Part shown: piece after piece, positions 28,035 through 38,426 of the stretch
How positions within the stretch are numbered: position 1 is the first letter of the stretch
How the letters are laid out: each line of letters starts with the position of its first letter
DNA from: an uncultured Clostridia bacterium
GTDB lineage: Bacteria > Bacillota > Dehalobacteriia > UBA4068
DNA: 64,000 bases
Reading direction: 5' to 3'
NCBI GenBank assembly: GCA_944393575.1
Contig: CALYAP010000014.1
Coordinates: 2,819-66,818 of the forward strand
Position numbers and translations under genes: made by a program
Notes under the pieces: generated by a model
Seen by the model: only the letters and a program-made list of their open reading frames with translations
Databases searched by the model: none
Told to the model about the DNA's origin: nothing

Positions 28035-28732
28035 GTACACTCTCTTATGCGGAAATTTTTGCCCGAGAGGCAGCCCTCATCGGTCAAGCAGGGGTTAAAA
28101 AATTAGCGGCTGCTTCTGTTGCCGTCTGCGGTTTAGGGGGAGTAGGGTCATATTTAGTGGAGGCATTGGCCCGTTCGGCGATCGGTAAGCTGCTATTGAT
28201 CGATTTTGATCAGGTAGCAGTGTCTAATATTAACCGTCAGCTATGTGCCCTTAGCAGCACTGTTGGCCGCGATAAAGCAGATGTGATTGCTGAACGTATC
28301 CGTGAAATCAATCCTTTTTGTGAGCTGAGAATAGCCAAGGTGTTTATTGATGAAAATATTCCGTTTCCTGAACTTTTAGCCGGTATTGATTATATTGGTG
28401 ATGCTATCGATTATGTCCCGGGCAAGATTGCTTTGATCGAATACGCCTATCAGCAGCAAATACCGATCATTGCTGCAATGGGAGCTGGACGACGTCTAGA
28501 CCCAAGTAAACTGATGATTGCCGATATTGCCAAAACATATGGCTGTCCTTTGGCTAAAAATATTCGGAAGCGATTGCGTGAACGTGGTATCTATAGCGGT
28601 GTCAAAGTTGTCTTTAGCACAGAACCACCTTTGCCGACTGAAGGTGATGAGTTGGGAAGTATGGCTTTTGTACCAGCAGTAGCAGGTATGATGATGGCAG
28701 CGCAGATCGTGAGAGATATTCTGGATGGTTAG
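28031..28732 (+). CDS. ThiF/MoeB-family E1-like protein (tRNA t6A dehydratase TcdA-like)
   Basis: VCGLGGVGS Rossmann motif, ~233 aa. Confidence 0.75.
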   Translation: MSTLSYAEIFAREAALIGQAGVKKLAAASVAVCGLGGVGSYLVEALARSAIGKLLLIDFDQVAVSNINRQLCALSSTVGRDKADVIAERIREINPFCELRIAKVFIDENIPFPELLAGIDYIGDAIDYVPGKIALIEYAYQQQIPIIAAMGAGRRLDPSKLMIADIAKTYGCPLAKNIRKRLRERGIYSGVKVVFSTEPPLPTEGDELGSMAFVPAVAGMMMAAQIVRDILDG

Positions 28733-28741
28733 AGGTATAAG

Positions 28742-30079
28742 ATGGACATTTTTGATACTGTAGCCGCAGAAAAGAAAAAAAATTCAGCCCCTTTAGCTGC
28801 TAGAATGCGCCCCTCCACTCTTGATGAATTTGTCGGTCAAGAAGAAATAGTAGGCAAGGGCAGGCTTCTCCGCCGGGCAATTGAGGCTGATCAGTTGTCG
28901 TCAATTATTTTTTGGGGTCCTCCTGGCTGCGGAAAAACTACTTTGGCGGAGATCATTGCCAATACTACTGGAGATAATTTCCGTACCCTTTCGGCTGTCA
29001 GCTCCGGTATTAGCGATATTCGTGAGATAGTCAAATTTGCTAAAGATGAGCTGAAATTTTATGGCCGAAGAACCGTTCTTTTTATCGATGAAATCCACCG
29101 TTTCAATAAAACGCAGCAAGATGCTTTATTGCCAGCAGTGGAGGATGGCACCATAATTCTCATTGGCGCTACTACGGAAAACCCATATTTTGAGGTTAAT
29201 AGCGCTTTGATCTCCCGTTCGCGGATTTTTCGCTTAAAAGCGCTTGACGAAGCTGATATCATCACTCTTTTACGAAGAGCCATTACTGATGAACGAGGCT
29301 TAAAGAGTTATCAGGTGCAGATCGACGATGATGCTTTGGAGCATTTGGCGTCAGTTTGTGGTGGTGATGCCAGAACAGCTTATAATGCTTTGGAATTAGC
29401 TGCCATCACTACTGCTCCAGATGATAAAGGCATTCGTCATATTGATTTAGCGATCGCTGAGGAAAGTATTCAGAAGCGTAATATCAGCTATGATAAAAAA
29501 GGGGATTGGCATTATGATGTCATCTCGGCTTTTATTAAAAGTATGCGTGGGTCAGATCCTGATGCTGCCTTGCATTGGTTGGCAAGGATGACTGAAGCTG
29601 GCGAATCACCAGAATTTATTGCCCGCCGGATCGTCATTTGTGCTGCTGAAGATGTTGGGTTGGCCGATCCTTTCGCCTTAACTCTAGCTATGTCGGCTGC
29701 TGAGGCAGTGCATTTTGTTGGTTGGCCAGAGGCACGGATTCCTTTAGCAGAGGCTGCAGTATATATCGCAATGGCTCCTAAATCCAATTCGGCTTATATG
29801 GGGATCGATGCCGCGATTGCCGATGTGCATAATAAGCCTTTCTCCGGGGTGCCAATCCATTTGCGGGATGCCAATTATCGTGGCGCTAAACAGTTGGGCC
29901 ATGGCAAAGGGTATAAATATCCCCATGACTATCCAGGACATTATACCCCGCAGCAATATTTGCCGGAAGAGTTTCAGGATAGCCGCTACTATTTCCCTTC
30001 TGAAAATGGTAGGGAATTAAAGATGGCCGAGACTTTAGACGCCTTGCTGAAAAGGAAAAAGAACCTTGACAAAAAATAA
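28742..30079 (+). CDS. rarA: replication-associated recombination protein A (AAA+ ATPase)
   Basis: GPPGCGKTT Walker A, FIDEIHRFNK, MgsA C-terminal domain. Confidence 0.93.
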   Translation: MDIFDTVAAEKKKNSAPLAARMRPSTLDEFVGQEEIVGKGRLLRRAIEADQLSSIIFWGPPGCGKTTLAEIIANTTGDNFRTLSAVSSGISDIREIVKFAKDELKFYGRRTVLFIDEIHRFNKTQQDALLPAVEDGTIILIGATTENPYFEVNSALISRSRIFRLKALDEADIITLLRRAITDERGLKSYQVQIDDDALEHLASVCGGDARTAYNALELAAITTAPDDKGIRHIDLAIAEESIQKRNISYDKKGDWHYDVISAFIKSMRGSDPDAALHWLARMTEAGESPEFIARRIVICAAEDVGLADPFALTLAMSAAEAVHFVGWPEARIPLAEAAVYIAMAPKSNSAYMGIDAAIADVHNKPFSGVPIHLRDANYRGAKQLGHGKGYKYPHDYPGHYTPQQYLPEEFQDSRYYFPSENGRELKMAETLDALLKRKKNLDKK

Positions 30080-30145
30080 GCCCAGTGCTATGATGCTACA
30101 TATTCTACAGGGCATTGATGTTTATCGTCAAAGGGGGTAGAATAA

Positions 30146-30511
30146 ATGTATAATGAAACTGTCCTCGACCACTTCAATAATCCACGTAATGTTGGAAAAA
30201 TAGAAGATGGTGTTATCGGCGAAGTATCTAGTCCGGGTTGTGGTGATACTACTTTTATTTACCTCGATATCGAAGATGGTGTTATCAAGGACATCAAATT
30301 TAAAACTTTTGGCTGTGCCGCAGCTATTGCATCGTCAAGTATGTTGACTACTATGGTCAAAGGAATGTCCTTAGAGGATGCTAAAAAAATTACTAATGCG
30401 GATATTGTTAAGCAGCTAGGAGGCCTGCCAGAAGTGAAGATTAATTGTTCTGTTCTGGCGGCAGATGCTTTAAGGAAAGCTATTGAGCAATATGAAGAGA
30501 AACATCAATAA
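30146..30511 (+). CDS. iscU: Fe-S cluster scaffold, IscU/NifU-like
   Basis: GCGD, LPEVKINCSVLA motifs. Confidence 0.9.
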   Translation: MYNETVLDHFNNPRNVGKIEDGVIGEVSSPGCGDTTFIYLDIEDGVIKDIKFKTFGCAAAIASSSMLTTMVKGMSLEDAKKITNADIVKQLGGLPEVKINCSVLAADALRKAIEQYEEKHQ

Positions 30512-31541
30512 GCAACAAAAAGTAATAGTAGCCATGAGCAGCGGCGTGGATAGTTCCGTGGCCGCTTTTTTACTGCGCGAAAAAGGATATCAGGTTATTG
30601 GGGCTACTTTTGAGAATGGCTATGGCAATCCTGCTGAGCGGGCTGCTGCAATTTGCCGGCAGTTAGGTATTGAACATCAGGTTATAGATATCCGTGATAG
30701 CTTTGATAAGCAGGTCGTCCGCCCATTTATTGAGTCTTATTTATCCGGACAGACGCCGAATCCATGTGTTTTATGCAATGAAAAGATTAAATTTCCCGTC
30801 TTTCTGCCGCTGCTCGAACAGCTAGAGGCTGATTTTATCGCTACAGGTCATTATGTGCGACTTTTTAAGCAGGGGAGTCGTTTTATTTTGCGGCAGGCTG
30901 TTTGCCAACAAAAGGATCAATCCTATTTCATGTACCGCATACCTCAACACATTTTAGCAAAATGCATATTTCCTTTAGGCGAGTATACTAAGGAGCAGGT
31001 TCGTTTTATCGCTGAAGAAAATGGGCTCATCTCAGCTAAGCAGAAGGATAGCTATGATATCTGCTTTATTGAATCAGGAGATTACCGCCAATATCTAGCT
31101 GGTACAGATAGCAACTATCTGGTTCCAGGGGAGATTGTGGATAGCAGTGGCTCGGTAGTCGGAGAACATCAAGGTTTAGCGCATTATACCATTGGCCAAA
31201 GGCGCGGGGTGGATGTATCTTTAGGCTATCCTGCATATGTAGTTAAAATAGACCGGTCTAATAACCGGTTGGTATTAGGAGCAAAAGAGGATCTCTTTAC
31301 TGATACAGCACGAGTGGAATCATTGGTCTTCTTGCCTTTTGATTATCTGGAGACGCCAATAAAAGCCGAAGTGAAAATACGCTATAAAACTGTGCCTGTA
31401 TCGGCCCAGATTATTCCTGATACTGATTCTCCACGGTGTGCTGAAATTATTTTTGATTCTCCTGTATGGTCGGTTACCCCAGGCCAGTCTGCAGTATTTT
31501 ATGATGGTGATATGTTGCTCGGCGGTGGATATTTAAAATAG
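30483..31541 (+). CDS. mnmA: tRNA 2-thiouridine(34) synthase
   Basis: VAMSSGVDSSV P-loop; C-terminal beta-barrel; the true start may be the ATG at 30492. Confidence 0.9.
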   Translation: MSNMKRNINKQQKVIVAMSSGVDSSVAAFLLREKGYQVIGATFENGYGNPAERAAAICRQLGIEHQVIDIRDSFDKQVVRPFIESYLSGQTPNPCVLCNEKIKFPVFLPLLEQLEADFIATGHYVRLFKQGSRFILRQAVCQQKDQSYFMYRIPQHILAKCIFPLGEYTKEQVRFIAEENGLISAKQKDSYDICFIESGDYRQYLAGTDSNYLVPGEIVDSSGSVVGEHQGLAHYTIGQRRGVDVSLGYPAYVVKIDRSNNRLVLGAKEDLFTDTARVESLVFLPFDYLETPIKAEVKIRYKTVPVSAQIIPDTDSPRCAEIIFDSPVWSVTPGQSAVFYDGDMLLGGGYLK

Positions 31542-31584
31542 TTTTTATCTCAACTTTTGCCCGTAGGCGGATAGATGTTATCTA

Positions 31585-31989
31585 TTAATTATTGTTATTG
31601 AGAAAATGCAGTATACCCAGGCAAGACAAGCCTATTCCTAACATGCCAAAGCCGGAATACATATCTATTTCATGCAGAATGGATAATACCAGAACAGCAA
31701 CTCCCATTGCTAAAGCTACTGCTTTAAGAATGAGGGGAATAATAGCATCTATTTTTGAGGATTTATTATCCGGATGAACTTTGCTCTTAATTTGCATAAG
31801 CTCATCTACTGATATGCCAAATATTTCTGCTAATTTAGGCAAAGAATTTACATCAGGGCAGGATAAATCCCGTTCCCATTTGGAAACAGCTTTATCTGTT
31901 ACTCCCATTTTTTCTGCTAATTCTAGCTGTGTCATGCCCTGTTCTTTCCTAAGTGATGTAATCATCATGCCTAACGTTTGTTGTTTCAT
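31585..31989 (-). CDS. membrane-anchored XRE-family HTH transcriptional regulator
   Basis: N-terminal HTH_XRE (QGMTQLELAEKMGVTDKAVSKWE) followed by two TM helices; RBS CGGAGGAATAAAGCC. Confidence 0.8.
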   Translation of the reverse strand: MKQQTLGMMITSLRKEQGMTQLELAEKMGVTDKAVSKWERDLSCPDVNSLPKLAEIFGISVDELMQIKSKVHPDNKSSKIDAIIPLILKAVALAMGVAVLVLSILHEIDMYSGFGMLGIGLSCLGILHFLNNNN

Positions 31990-32047
31990 GGCTTTATTCC
32001 TCCGTTTGTTTGATGGTTGCATCGTATCTTAATTTAGTCTTTAGCTC

Positions 32048-32095
32048 AACCGACTGTTAGTTTATTAAGGTAAACCGATAGTTTACCGATAGTTT
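32048..32095. promoter_or_regulatory. tandem iterons ACCGATAGTTT x2 plus a degenerate third copy, in the divergent intergenic region between the XRE regulator and the PRC-barrel gene
   Basis: Perfect 11-bp direct repeats at 32074-32084 and 32085-32095; related copy at 32048-32064. Confidence 0.55.
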
Positions 32096-32342
32096 ATCAG
32101 CTGGCGATTAATTTTTTCTAATAAATTGACATTTTTATTGTTTTTGTTTGTTTCTTCTATATGTGGTATTTTCAGTATAGCATATGTTTAAGAATTTCTA
32201 TTCATTTGAAATAAACATATATAGTATAACGGTTTAAAGTATCAATTTTGATTTTAAGAAACAGCAAAATATGGCTGATAAATAGTTGCTTTGGCAGCTA
32301 TTTTTTTTGTTCTTTTGGCCACAATAAAATGGAGGTGAGAAG

Positions 32343-32747
32343 ATGATCAGCGGAAAGCAATTACACGGGTTAAAAGTACTCGACAAAAACGGTATTGTTT
32401 TGGGTGTAGTACAGGATCTATTGGCCGATAAACAAAGCGGCATCATTAAAGGATTCATCATTAATCTGCCTGGTTTTATTTCCACCTTAGCTTTTTTATC
32501 AGGCCAAGATGTCCTCAGTATGGATCTATCTGGGATGATTGTTGCAGACAAAAGCTGTCTTAAACGTATGTCAAAAGCTAAACAACAAGATCGCTCTTCC
32601 CTGCGAATGGGTGAGATAGAAACCGCTAAAGGATATATAACTGATATCTTATTGGAACCGGATAGGATAAGTGCAGTAGAAATATCCCAGGGAGTATTGA
32701 ACGATATTCGTGTAGGAAGGCAAACAATACCGTGGGATGAAGTGTAA
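32343..32747 (+). CDS. PRC-barrel domain protein
   Basis: LKVLDKNGIVLGVVQDLL...GFIINL PRC-barrel; RBS GGAGGTGAGAAG. Confidence 0.75.
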   Translation: MISGKQLHGLKVLDKNGIVLGVVQDLLADKQSGIIKGFIINLPGFISTLAFLSGQDVLSMDLSGMIVADKSCLKRMSKAKQQDRSSLRMGEIETAKGYITDILLEPDRISAVEISQGVLNDIRVGRQTIPWDEV

Positions 32748-32760
32748 AGGAGGTGAGAGC

Positions 32761-32967
32761 ATGAAAAGCAGAGCGCGTCGTTGGTTGATTGCAGGAACAG
32801 TATTGGGTGCAGCTGGCACCCTGGCTGGGGTAGTAATGGCCCAAAAATCTAATATATCGATGAAAAAAATTCGCAGCCAGGCCTCCAAAATGACTAGAGC
32901 TGCTGGACATCAGGCCGGTAATTTTATCAGTTCTATCGGTGATTCGCTTGCCGATAAATTACGTTAG
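32761..32967 (+). CDS. small membrane-anchored protein (68 aa), unknown function
   Basis: RBS AAAGGAGGTGAGAGC; one TM, then a basic tail. Confidence 0.5.
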   Translation: MKSRARRWLIAGTVLGAAGTLAGVVMAQKSNISMKKIRSQASKMTRAAGHQAGNFISSIGDSLADKLR

Positions 32968-33019
32968 CAAAGGGCGGCTAAGCCGCCCAACATAATAGAG
33001 GATAGGGAGGAAATAGTGC

Positions 33020-34075
33020 ATGCACATATTAGCAAAAAGAAAATTGTGGCGTTATGCAGTGGCCATAGTCTTTGTATTGGCAGCTATTGTTCTGCTGGTT
33101 AAGGTATGGCCGATCATTTCTCCCTTTCTTATTGCCATTTTATTAGCATATTTAATCAACCCGCCGCTAAAAAAGATGACTGCTTTAGGTATCCCCATTG
33201 GTGTGTCGCTGCCAGTACTTTATTTTTATCTTTTTGTTGGGTTGTATTTTATTTTAGTGATAACAGTTCCGCTTATTCTTGAGCAACTGCGTAATCTTTT
33301 CGCCTATTTGCCAGAAGTATTTCAATCTCTCAGTTCCTTTTTAGATAGTTTTAACCAGCAAAATGCTTCTGGACTTATTTCTTTTGATTTTCAAAAAATC
33401 GTTGATGGAATTGTCGCAGGTATGGATGATCGTATAGCCGCTTATAGTACCAAGATCGCGGATTTGGTCTTTTCCTTGCCCCAAGTGCTTTTATATACTG
33501 TTTTAGCGCCAATTTTAAGTTATTATTTTCTGCGTGACCGGGAAAATATCAAAAATAGAATTGTATCTTTATTATCACCATCAGCACGACCTGAATTTTT
33601 GCGCATGGCTGGTGAAGTCAACCACTTGGTTCGCGAGTTTATCAGCGGCTATCTGGTAATCGCTCTGGTTGTAGCTGTTATAGCCACCATTTTCTACTGG
33701 ATAGTGGGTATAGATTACCCACTAGTTTTAGGACTGCTGATGGGTATCGGTGATCTGATCCCTTATTTTGGTCCAATTATAGCCGCTATCCCTGCAGTGC
33801 TTTTAGCAATAACCGTCAGCCCTGGCAAAACGATCATCATTATTATTGGTATTTTGTTATTACAACAACTTGATAGCTCGGTTATCACCCCGAGAATAAT
33901 CGGTGACCGTATTGGGCTGCATCCAGTGACAACTATTTTTGTCGTGATGGCAGGAGGTTATTTATGGGGGATCGCTGGTGCAATATTTGCTATTCCTTTA
34001 GCAGCTGTTTTGATTTTATTGTGTAAATATGTTTCTGGAAGGGTCTTTGCGTCAGACCAGGAGCTCTCCCCTTAA
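33020..34075 (+). CDS. AI-2E family transporter (YtvI-like sporulation integral membrane protein)
   Basis: 8 TM; conserved C-terminal ...ITPRIIGDRIGLHP... motif of PF01594. Confidence 0.8.
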   Translation: MHILAKRKLWRYAVAIVFVLAAIVLLVKVWPIISPFLIAILLAYLINPPLKKMTALGIPIGVSLPVLYFYLFVGLYFILVITVPLILEQLRNLFAYLPEVFQSLSSFLDSFNQQNASGLISFDFQKIVDGIVAGMDDRIAAYSTKIADLVFSLPQVLLYTVLAPILSYYFLRDRENIKNRIVSLLSPSARPEFLRMAGEVNHLVREFISGYLVIALVVAVIATIFYWIVGIDYPLVLGLLMGIGDLIPYFGPIIAAIPAVLLAITVSPGKTIIIIIGILLLQQLDSSVITPRIIGDRIGLHPVTTIFVVMAGGYLWGIAGAIFAIPLAAVLILLCKYVSGRVFASDQELSP

Positions 34076-34244
34076 CGAAGAAAAATGTCCTTGCCATATC
34101 TTGACTTTTTTCCCTCAAGGGGTATACTGATATAGGATATGAAGATGTATCACACCTTCATAAGGGATAACGAAGCGATTTCTGTTTACAGGAGTCGCGT
34201 TTTATTATTAATTTGACTTTAGTTATTAAGGTAAGGAGAAACCC

Positions 34245-35219
34245 ATGGGAAAAAAGGAAATACTTTATATATTGATTACCGCTTTTCTTTTTAGTACGAT
34301 GGAGGTCGCTCTCAAAATAGCAGGTAATGATCTAGATCCATTTCAAGTTAATTTTATCCGTTTTGCAGTTGGTGGACTGTTTCTTTTGCCTTTTGCCTTG
34401 CGGGATATGAAGAAACGCCAGGTTAAGCTAAATAAAATTGATATTATTTATTTATTCGCTTTAGGAATAATTTGTATTTGTATCAGCATGTTAGCATTTC
34501 AGTTGGCGCTATTGTATGCTAATGCCAACTTAGTAGCTATCATTATTTGTAGCAATCCTATCTTCACGATGATTTTTGCTCATTTTTTGGCTAATGATAA
34601 ATTTACTAAAAAGAAAGCGCTGGTTCTTCTGCTAAGTGCAATAGGTTTGGTCATTGTAGCCAATCCATTTAACCTGGGAGAAGGTAATTCTCTGTTAGGT
34701 ATTTTGTTGAGCTTGTTGGCAGCGGTTTCCTTTGGCTTATATAGCGCACTTGGTAAGCGTAGAATCGAAAAGATCGGCGATGTTCCTCAAACCAGCCTTA
34801 GTTTTATCTTTGGTTCGCTGGTGATGATGGTAATTATGCTCATTATGGATAAACCTATTGTTTCCGGTATTGAATGGGGAGATGTGCCGCTTATCATTTA
34901 CTTGGGCGTCTTTGTCACAGGCATTGGTTATTATTTTTATTTCGAGGCTATCCATGCTTGCGGCCCATCTAATGCTTCGATTGTTTTCTTCCTTAAACCG
35001 ATCTTTGCCCCGATTATAGCATTTATTATTTTAAAAGAGCCGATTACGATCAATATCATTATAGGCTTAGTCTTTATTTTAACAGGCTCTTATATTAATA
35101 TCCGCAAACCCAAAAAAGTTTTAGATGAAAATGATCCTAACTATGAAGAGAACAATAATACTTCTGCGGCAACTGTAGACGAAATAGGTGCTGAGGAAGA
35201 GAAAAAACCGGTGGAATAG
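34245..35219 (+). CDS. EamA/DMT-superfamily transporter
   Basis: 10 TM; two EamA repeats. Confidence 0.8.
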   Translation: MGKKEILYILITAFLFSTMEVALKIAGNDLDPFQVNFIRFAVGGLFLLPFALRDMKKRQVKLNKIDIIYLFALGIICICISMLAFQLALLYANANLVAIIICSNPIFTMIFAHFLANDKFTKKKALVLLLSAIGLVIVANPFNLGEGNSLLGILLSLLAAVSFGLYSALGKRRIEKIGDVPQTSLSFIFGSLVMMVIMLIMDKPIVSGIEWGDVPLIIYLGVFVTGIGYYFYFEAIHACGPSNASIVFFLKPIFAPIIAFIILKEPITINIIIGLVFILTGSYINIRKPKKVLDENDPNYEENNNTSAATVDEIGAEEEKKPVE

Positions 35220-35371
35220 TTCCATCGGTTTTTTATCGACATTCCACTCAAGTTTTAAATATTTACTTGACAATTATTGTATTATTTAATAATAATTATT
35301 TGCTTAAGTTGATTTAATATGATAAAATTTAAAAATGGGATTTTTCCTATTTCTTTAAAGGAGATATGGAT

Positions 35372-38032
35372 ATGAAATACATGAAAGCCAGTGAAATACG
35401 TCAAAGTTATTTGGACTTTTTTGCATCAAAGGGGCATAAAAAAGTTCCTAGCTCATCATTGGTTCCCTATAACGATAATACGCTGCTTTTTACTAATGCC
35501 GGAATGGTTCAGTTTAAAGATATCTTTTTAGGGTTGGAAAAGCGTGATTATACCCGGGCTGTAACTGCACAACGTTGCGTTCGTGCTGGCGGTAAGCATA
35601 ATGACCTGGATACTGTAGGCCGTACTGCCAGACATCATACCTTCTTCGAAATGATGGGTAATTTTAGCTTTGGTGATTACTTTAAGCGGGAAGCTATTAC
35701 CTTTGCTTGGGAATATCTGACTCAGGTTTTGGAAATGCCCAAGGACAAGCTTTATGTAACCGTTTATGAGGAGGATGATGAGGCCAGAGAATTATGGCAT
35801 GAGATCAGCGGTATGGATTATGATCGCATCTTCCGCATCGGCTCTAAAGATAATTTTTGGTCGATGGGTGATACTGGTCCATGCGGCCCCTGCTCAGAGA
35901 TCTTTTTTGACCGAGGTGAGAAATATACTTGTGATGCCCCTGAATGCGGTATTGGTAAATGCGACTGTGACCGCTGGATGGAGATTTGGAATCTGGTTTT
36001 CATGCAGTACAATCGTGATGAGAACGGCGTATTGACTCCTTTGCCTCGCCCCAGTATTGATACTGGTATGGGCTTGGAGCGCGTAGCCTCTATTCTTCAA
36101 GGCGTTGATAGCAACTATGATACTGATATTATGCGCGACATTATTCATGGGGTGGAGGAGCTGAGCGGTCATAAGTATTATGGCGATCACCGTGGCTTCC
36201 CGCTGCGTGTTATTGCGGACCATGCTCGTGCCTGTTCTTTTCTTATTGCTGATGGTGTTTTGCCATCTAATGAAGGCAGGGGATATGTGCTGCGCCGTAT
36301 CCTTCGACGTGCCGCTCGTTTTGGTATTGTTTTGGATATGAATGATCCGTTTATCTATAAGCTATTCCCTTATGTTAAAGCAGCAATGGCTGATGCTTAT
36401 CCGATTCTCATTGAAGAAGAGGATAATATCGTCCGGGCCATTAAGATGGAAGAAGAACGTTTCCACCTGACCCTCAAGGCTGGCATGAACATTGTCCATG
36501 ATATTATTGATAGAATGCACGCTGCCGGAGAGACTGTTTTCGGCGGTAATGATCTGTTTATGCTCTATGATACCTATGGTTTCCCTCTCGACTTAGCCAA
36601 AGATATTGCTGAGGAAGAAGGCTTTACTGTTGATGAAGACGGTTTTAATGCCGCTATGGAACAGCAAAGAAGCAAATCCCAAAGTGCCAGATCTGATGCT
36701 GGTGCAGGTGACGATGCTATTGAACTGGGACAATTACTGGCTGATATGAACCCGGGGCGCTTTACCGGCTATACTGAGGTTGAAACTAGGTCTACTGTGA
36801 CGGCGATCGTTTGCGGCGGGCAAAAGGTTAATGCTGCCCAGACTGGAGTAGAGGGATGGTTGACTCTTGAGGCCACTCCTTTTTATGGCGAGAGCGGTGG
36901 GCAGATCGGCGATATTGGTTTGATGAACAATAATAACGTCAAGATTATTATCACTGATACGAAAAAGCTCCCTAATGGCTTGATTATTCATAAATTTGCG
37001 GTGCAGGAGGGGAATGTCGCTGTTGGTGATGAGTTGCAAGCTTCAATCGATATCGAACGCCGTCATGCTATAGCTCGCAACCATTCAGCTACCCATTTAT
37101 TGCATTGGGCTTTGCGTCAAACTCTCGGAGAACAGCTGCATCAGGCCGGCTCTTTGGTTACTGATGAGAGACTACGGTTCGATTTCAATCATTTTGAGGC
37201 GTTAACTTTAGAACAATTACGGGAGATAGAAAATAAAGTCAATAAGCAAATTCTGGCAAATTTGCCTATTGTTACTCAGGAAATGCCCTTAGAAGAAGCT
37301 AAGGCTACTGGGGCAATGGCTTTCTTTGGCGATAAATATGGTGATATTGTCCGTTTGGTAAGTATGGGCGATGTCAGCCGAGAGTTATGCGGCGGTACTC
37401 ATTGCCAATATACTGGTGAGATTGGTCAGATTAAGATTTTGAGCGAAAGCGGCATTGGTTCCGGAACACGTCGTATCGAAGCACTCACCGGTTTTGCGGC
37501 TTTAGAATACTATCAGCAGGAAGAAGACAAACTGCATCTTCTCGCTGAGATGCTGAAGAGTAATCCGCAGAATATGGAAAAACGCCTGGAAACATTGCTG
37601 GCGGAAAATAAAACCTATGCTAAGGAAATCGAAAAATTACAGGCACGTTTGGATAAGGATAATATCGAGTCACTGTGGCAGAATGCTCAAGAGATCGCAG
37701 GAATCAGGATTTTAACAGCCCAGGTGGCTGCTGCCGATATGCCTGCCTTGCGCAAGGTTATGGATATGTTGAGAGATAAACTGCCAGTAGCGGCTATCGT
37801 ATTGGCTGCTGCCCAAGAAGATAAAGTTCAATTTGTGGTTAGCATAGCAAATGAGGCTCAGGCCAAAGGACTGCATGCTGGTAAATTGATCAAGGAGATT
37901 GCTGCCATTTGTAATGGGTCAGGCGGCGGCAGACCGGATATGGCACAGGCTGGTGGTAAGGATAATTCCCCAGAAAAGATTAAAGCTGCTTTAGCTAAAG
38001 CTCAGGAATTAATTACTACAGCTCTTAGATAG
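35372..38032 (+). CDS. alaS: alanine--tRNA ligase
   Basis: MKYMKASEIRQSYLDFF N-terminus, HxxxH...CGGTH editing motif, C-terminal DHHA1; the track start at 35366 is probably 2 codons too long. Confidence 0.97.
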   Translation: MKYMKASEIRQSYLDFFASKGHKKVPSSSLVPYNDNTLLFTNAGMVQFKDIFLGLEKRDYTRAVTAQRCVRAGGKHNDLDTVGRTARHHTFFEMMGNFSFGDYFKREAITFAWEYLTQVLEMPKDKLYVTVYEEDDEARELWHEISGMDYDRIFRIGSKDNFWSMGDTGPCGPCSEIFFDRGEKYTCDAPECGIGKCDCDRWMEIWNLVFMQYNRDENGVLTPLPRPSIDTGMGLERVASILQGVDSNYDTDIMRDIIHGVEELSGHKYYGDHRGFPLRVIADHARACSFLIADGVLPSNEGRGYVLRRILRRAARFGIVLDMNDPFIYKLFPYVKAAMADAYPILIEEEDNIVRAIKMEEERFHLTLKAGMNIVHDIIDRMHAAGETVFGGNDLFMLYDTYGFPLDLAKDIAEEEGFTVDEDGFNAAMEQQRSKSQSARSDAGAGDDAIELGQLLADMNPGRFTGYTEVETRSTVTAIVCGGQKVNAAQTGVEGWLTLEATPFYGESGGQIGDIGLMNNNNVKIIITDTKKLPNGLIIHKFAVQEGNVAVGDELQASIDIERRHAIARNHSATHLLHWALRQTLGEQLHQAGSLVTDERLRFDFNHFEALTLEQLREIENKVNKQILANLPIVTQEMPLEEAKATGAMAFFGDKYGDIVRLVSMGDVSRELCGGTHCQYTGEIGQIKILSESGIGSGTRRIEALTGFAALEYYQQEEDKLHLLAEMLKSNPQNMEKRLETLLAENKTYAKEIEKLQARLDKDNIESLWQNAQEIAGIRILTAQVAAADMPALRKVMDMLRDKLPVAAIVLAAAQEDKVQFVVSIANEAQAKGLHAGKLIKEIAAICNGSGGGRPDMAQAGGKDNSPEKIKAALAKAQELITTALR

Positions 38033-38104
38033 CCAAACAAAGGAAAAGCTGTTGGTCTGTAGAATAATTATAGTGGTCATGATGTTGCCGAAGGAGGCGG
38101 AATT

Positions 38105-38383
38105 ATGTCAGCAGAGTTTAAGTTTGGTACATTTGCCGGAGATGAAACGGTGACTTTTGATGTTAAATCAGAAGAACAATTAAAGCCTGGCGAAGTGCTT
38201 CACGCCGTCTATGCCGCCTTGCGCGAAAAAGGTTATAATCCTATCAACCAATTGGTTGGTTATCTGATTTCGGGAGATCCGGCTTATATCACAAGTTATA
38301 AAGAAGCCCGTAGCCTGATTAGAAAGGTGGAACGGGATGATTTGATCGAAGAACTTGTTGCAAGTTACTTGAAGGAGGAATAA
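38105..38383 (+). CDS. ireB: IreB-family regulatory phosphoprotein (UPF0297/DUF965)
   Basis: ~90 aa; [28 protein letters not shown]; canonical position after alaS. Confidence 0.85.
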   Translation: MSAEFKFGTFAGDETVTFDVKSEEQLKPGEVLHAVYAALREKGYNPINQLVGYLISGDPAYITSYKEARSLIRKVERDDLIEELVASYLKEE

Positions 38384-38417
38384 ATCAAGGCGGGTATAAA
38401 GCCCGCCTTGATTTTTG
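38384..38417 (+). terminator. strong rho-independent terminator after ireB, abutting the aldo-keto reductase start
   Basis: atcaaggcggg-tataaa-cccgccttgat-TTTTT. Confidence 0.8.
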
Positions 38418-38426
38418 TGCTAGTTT

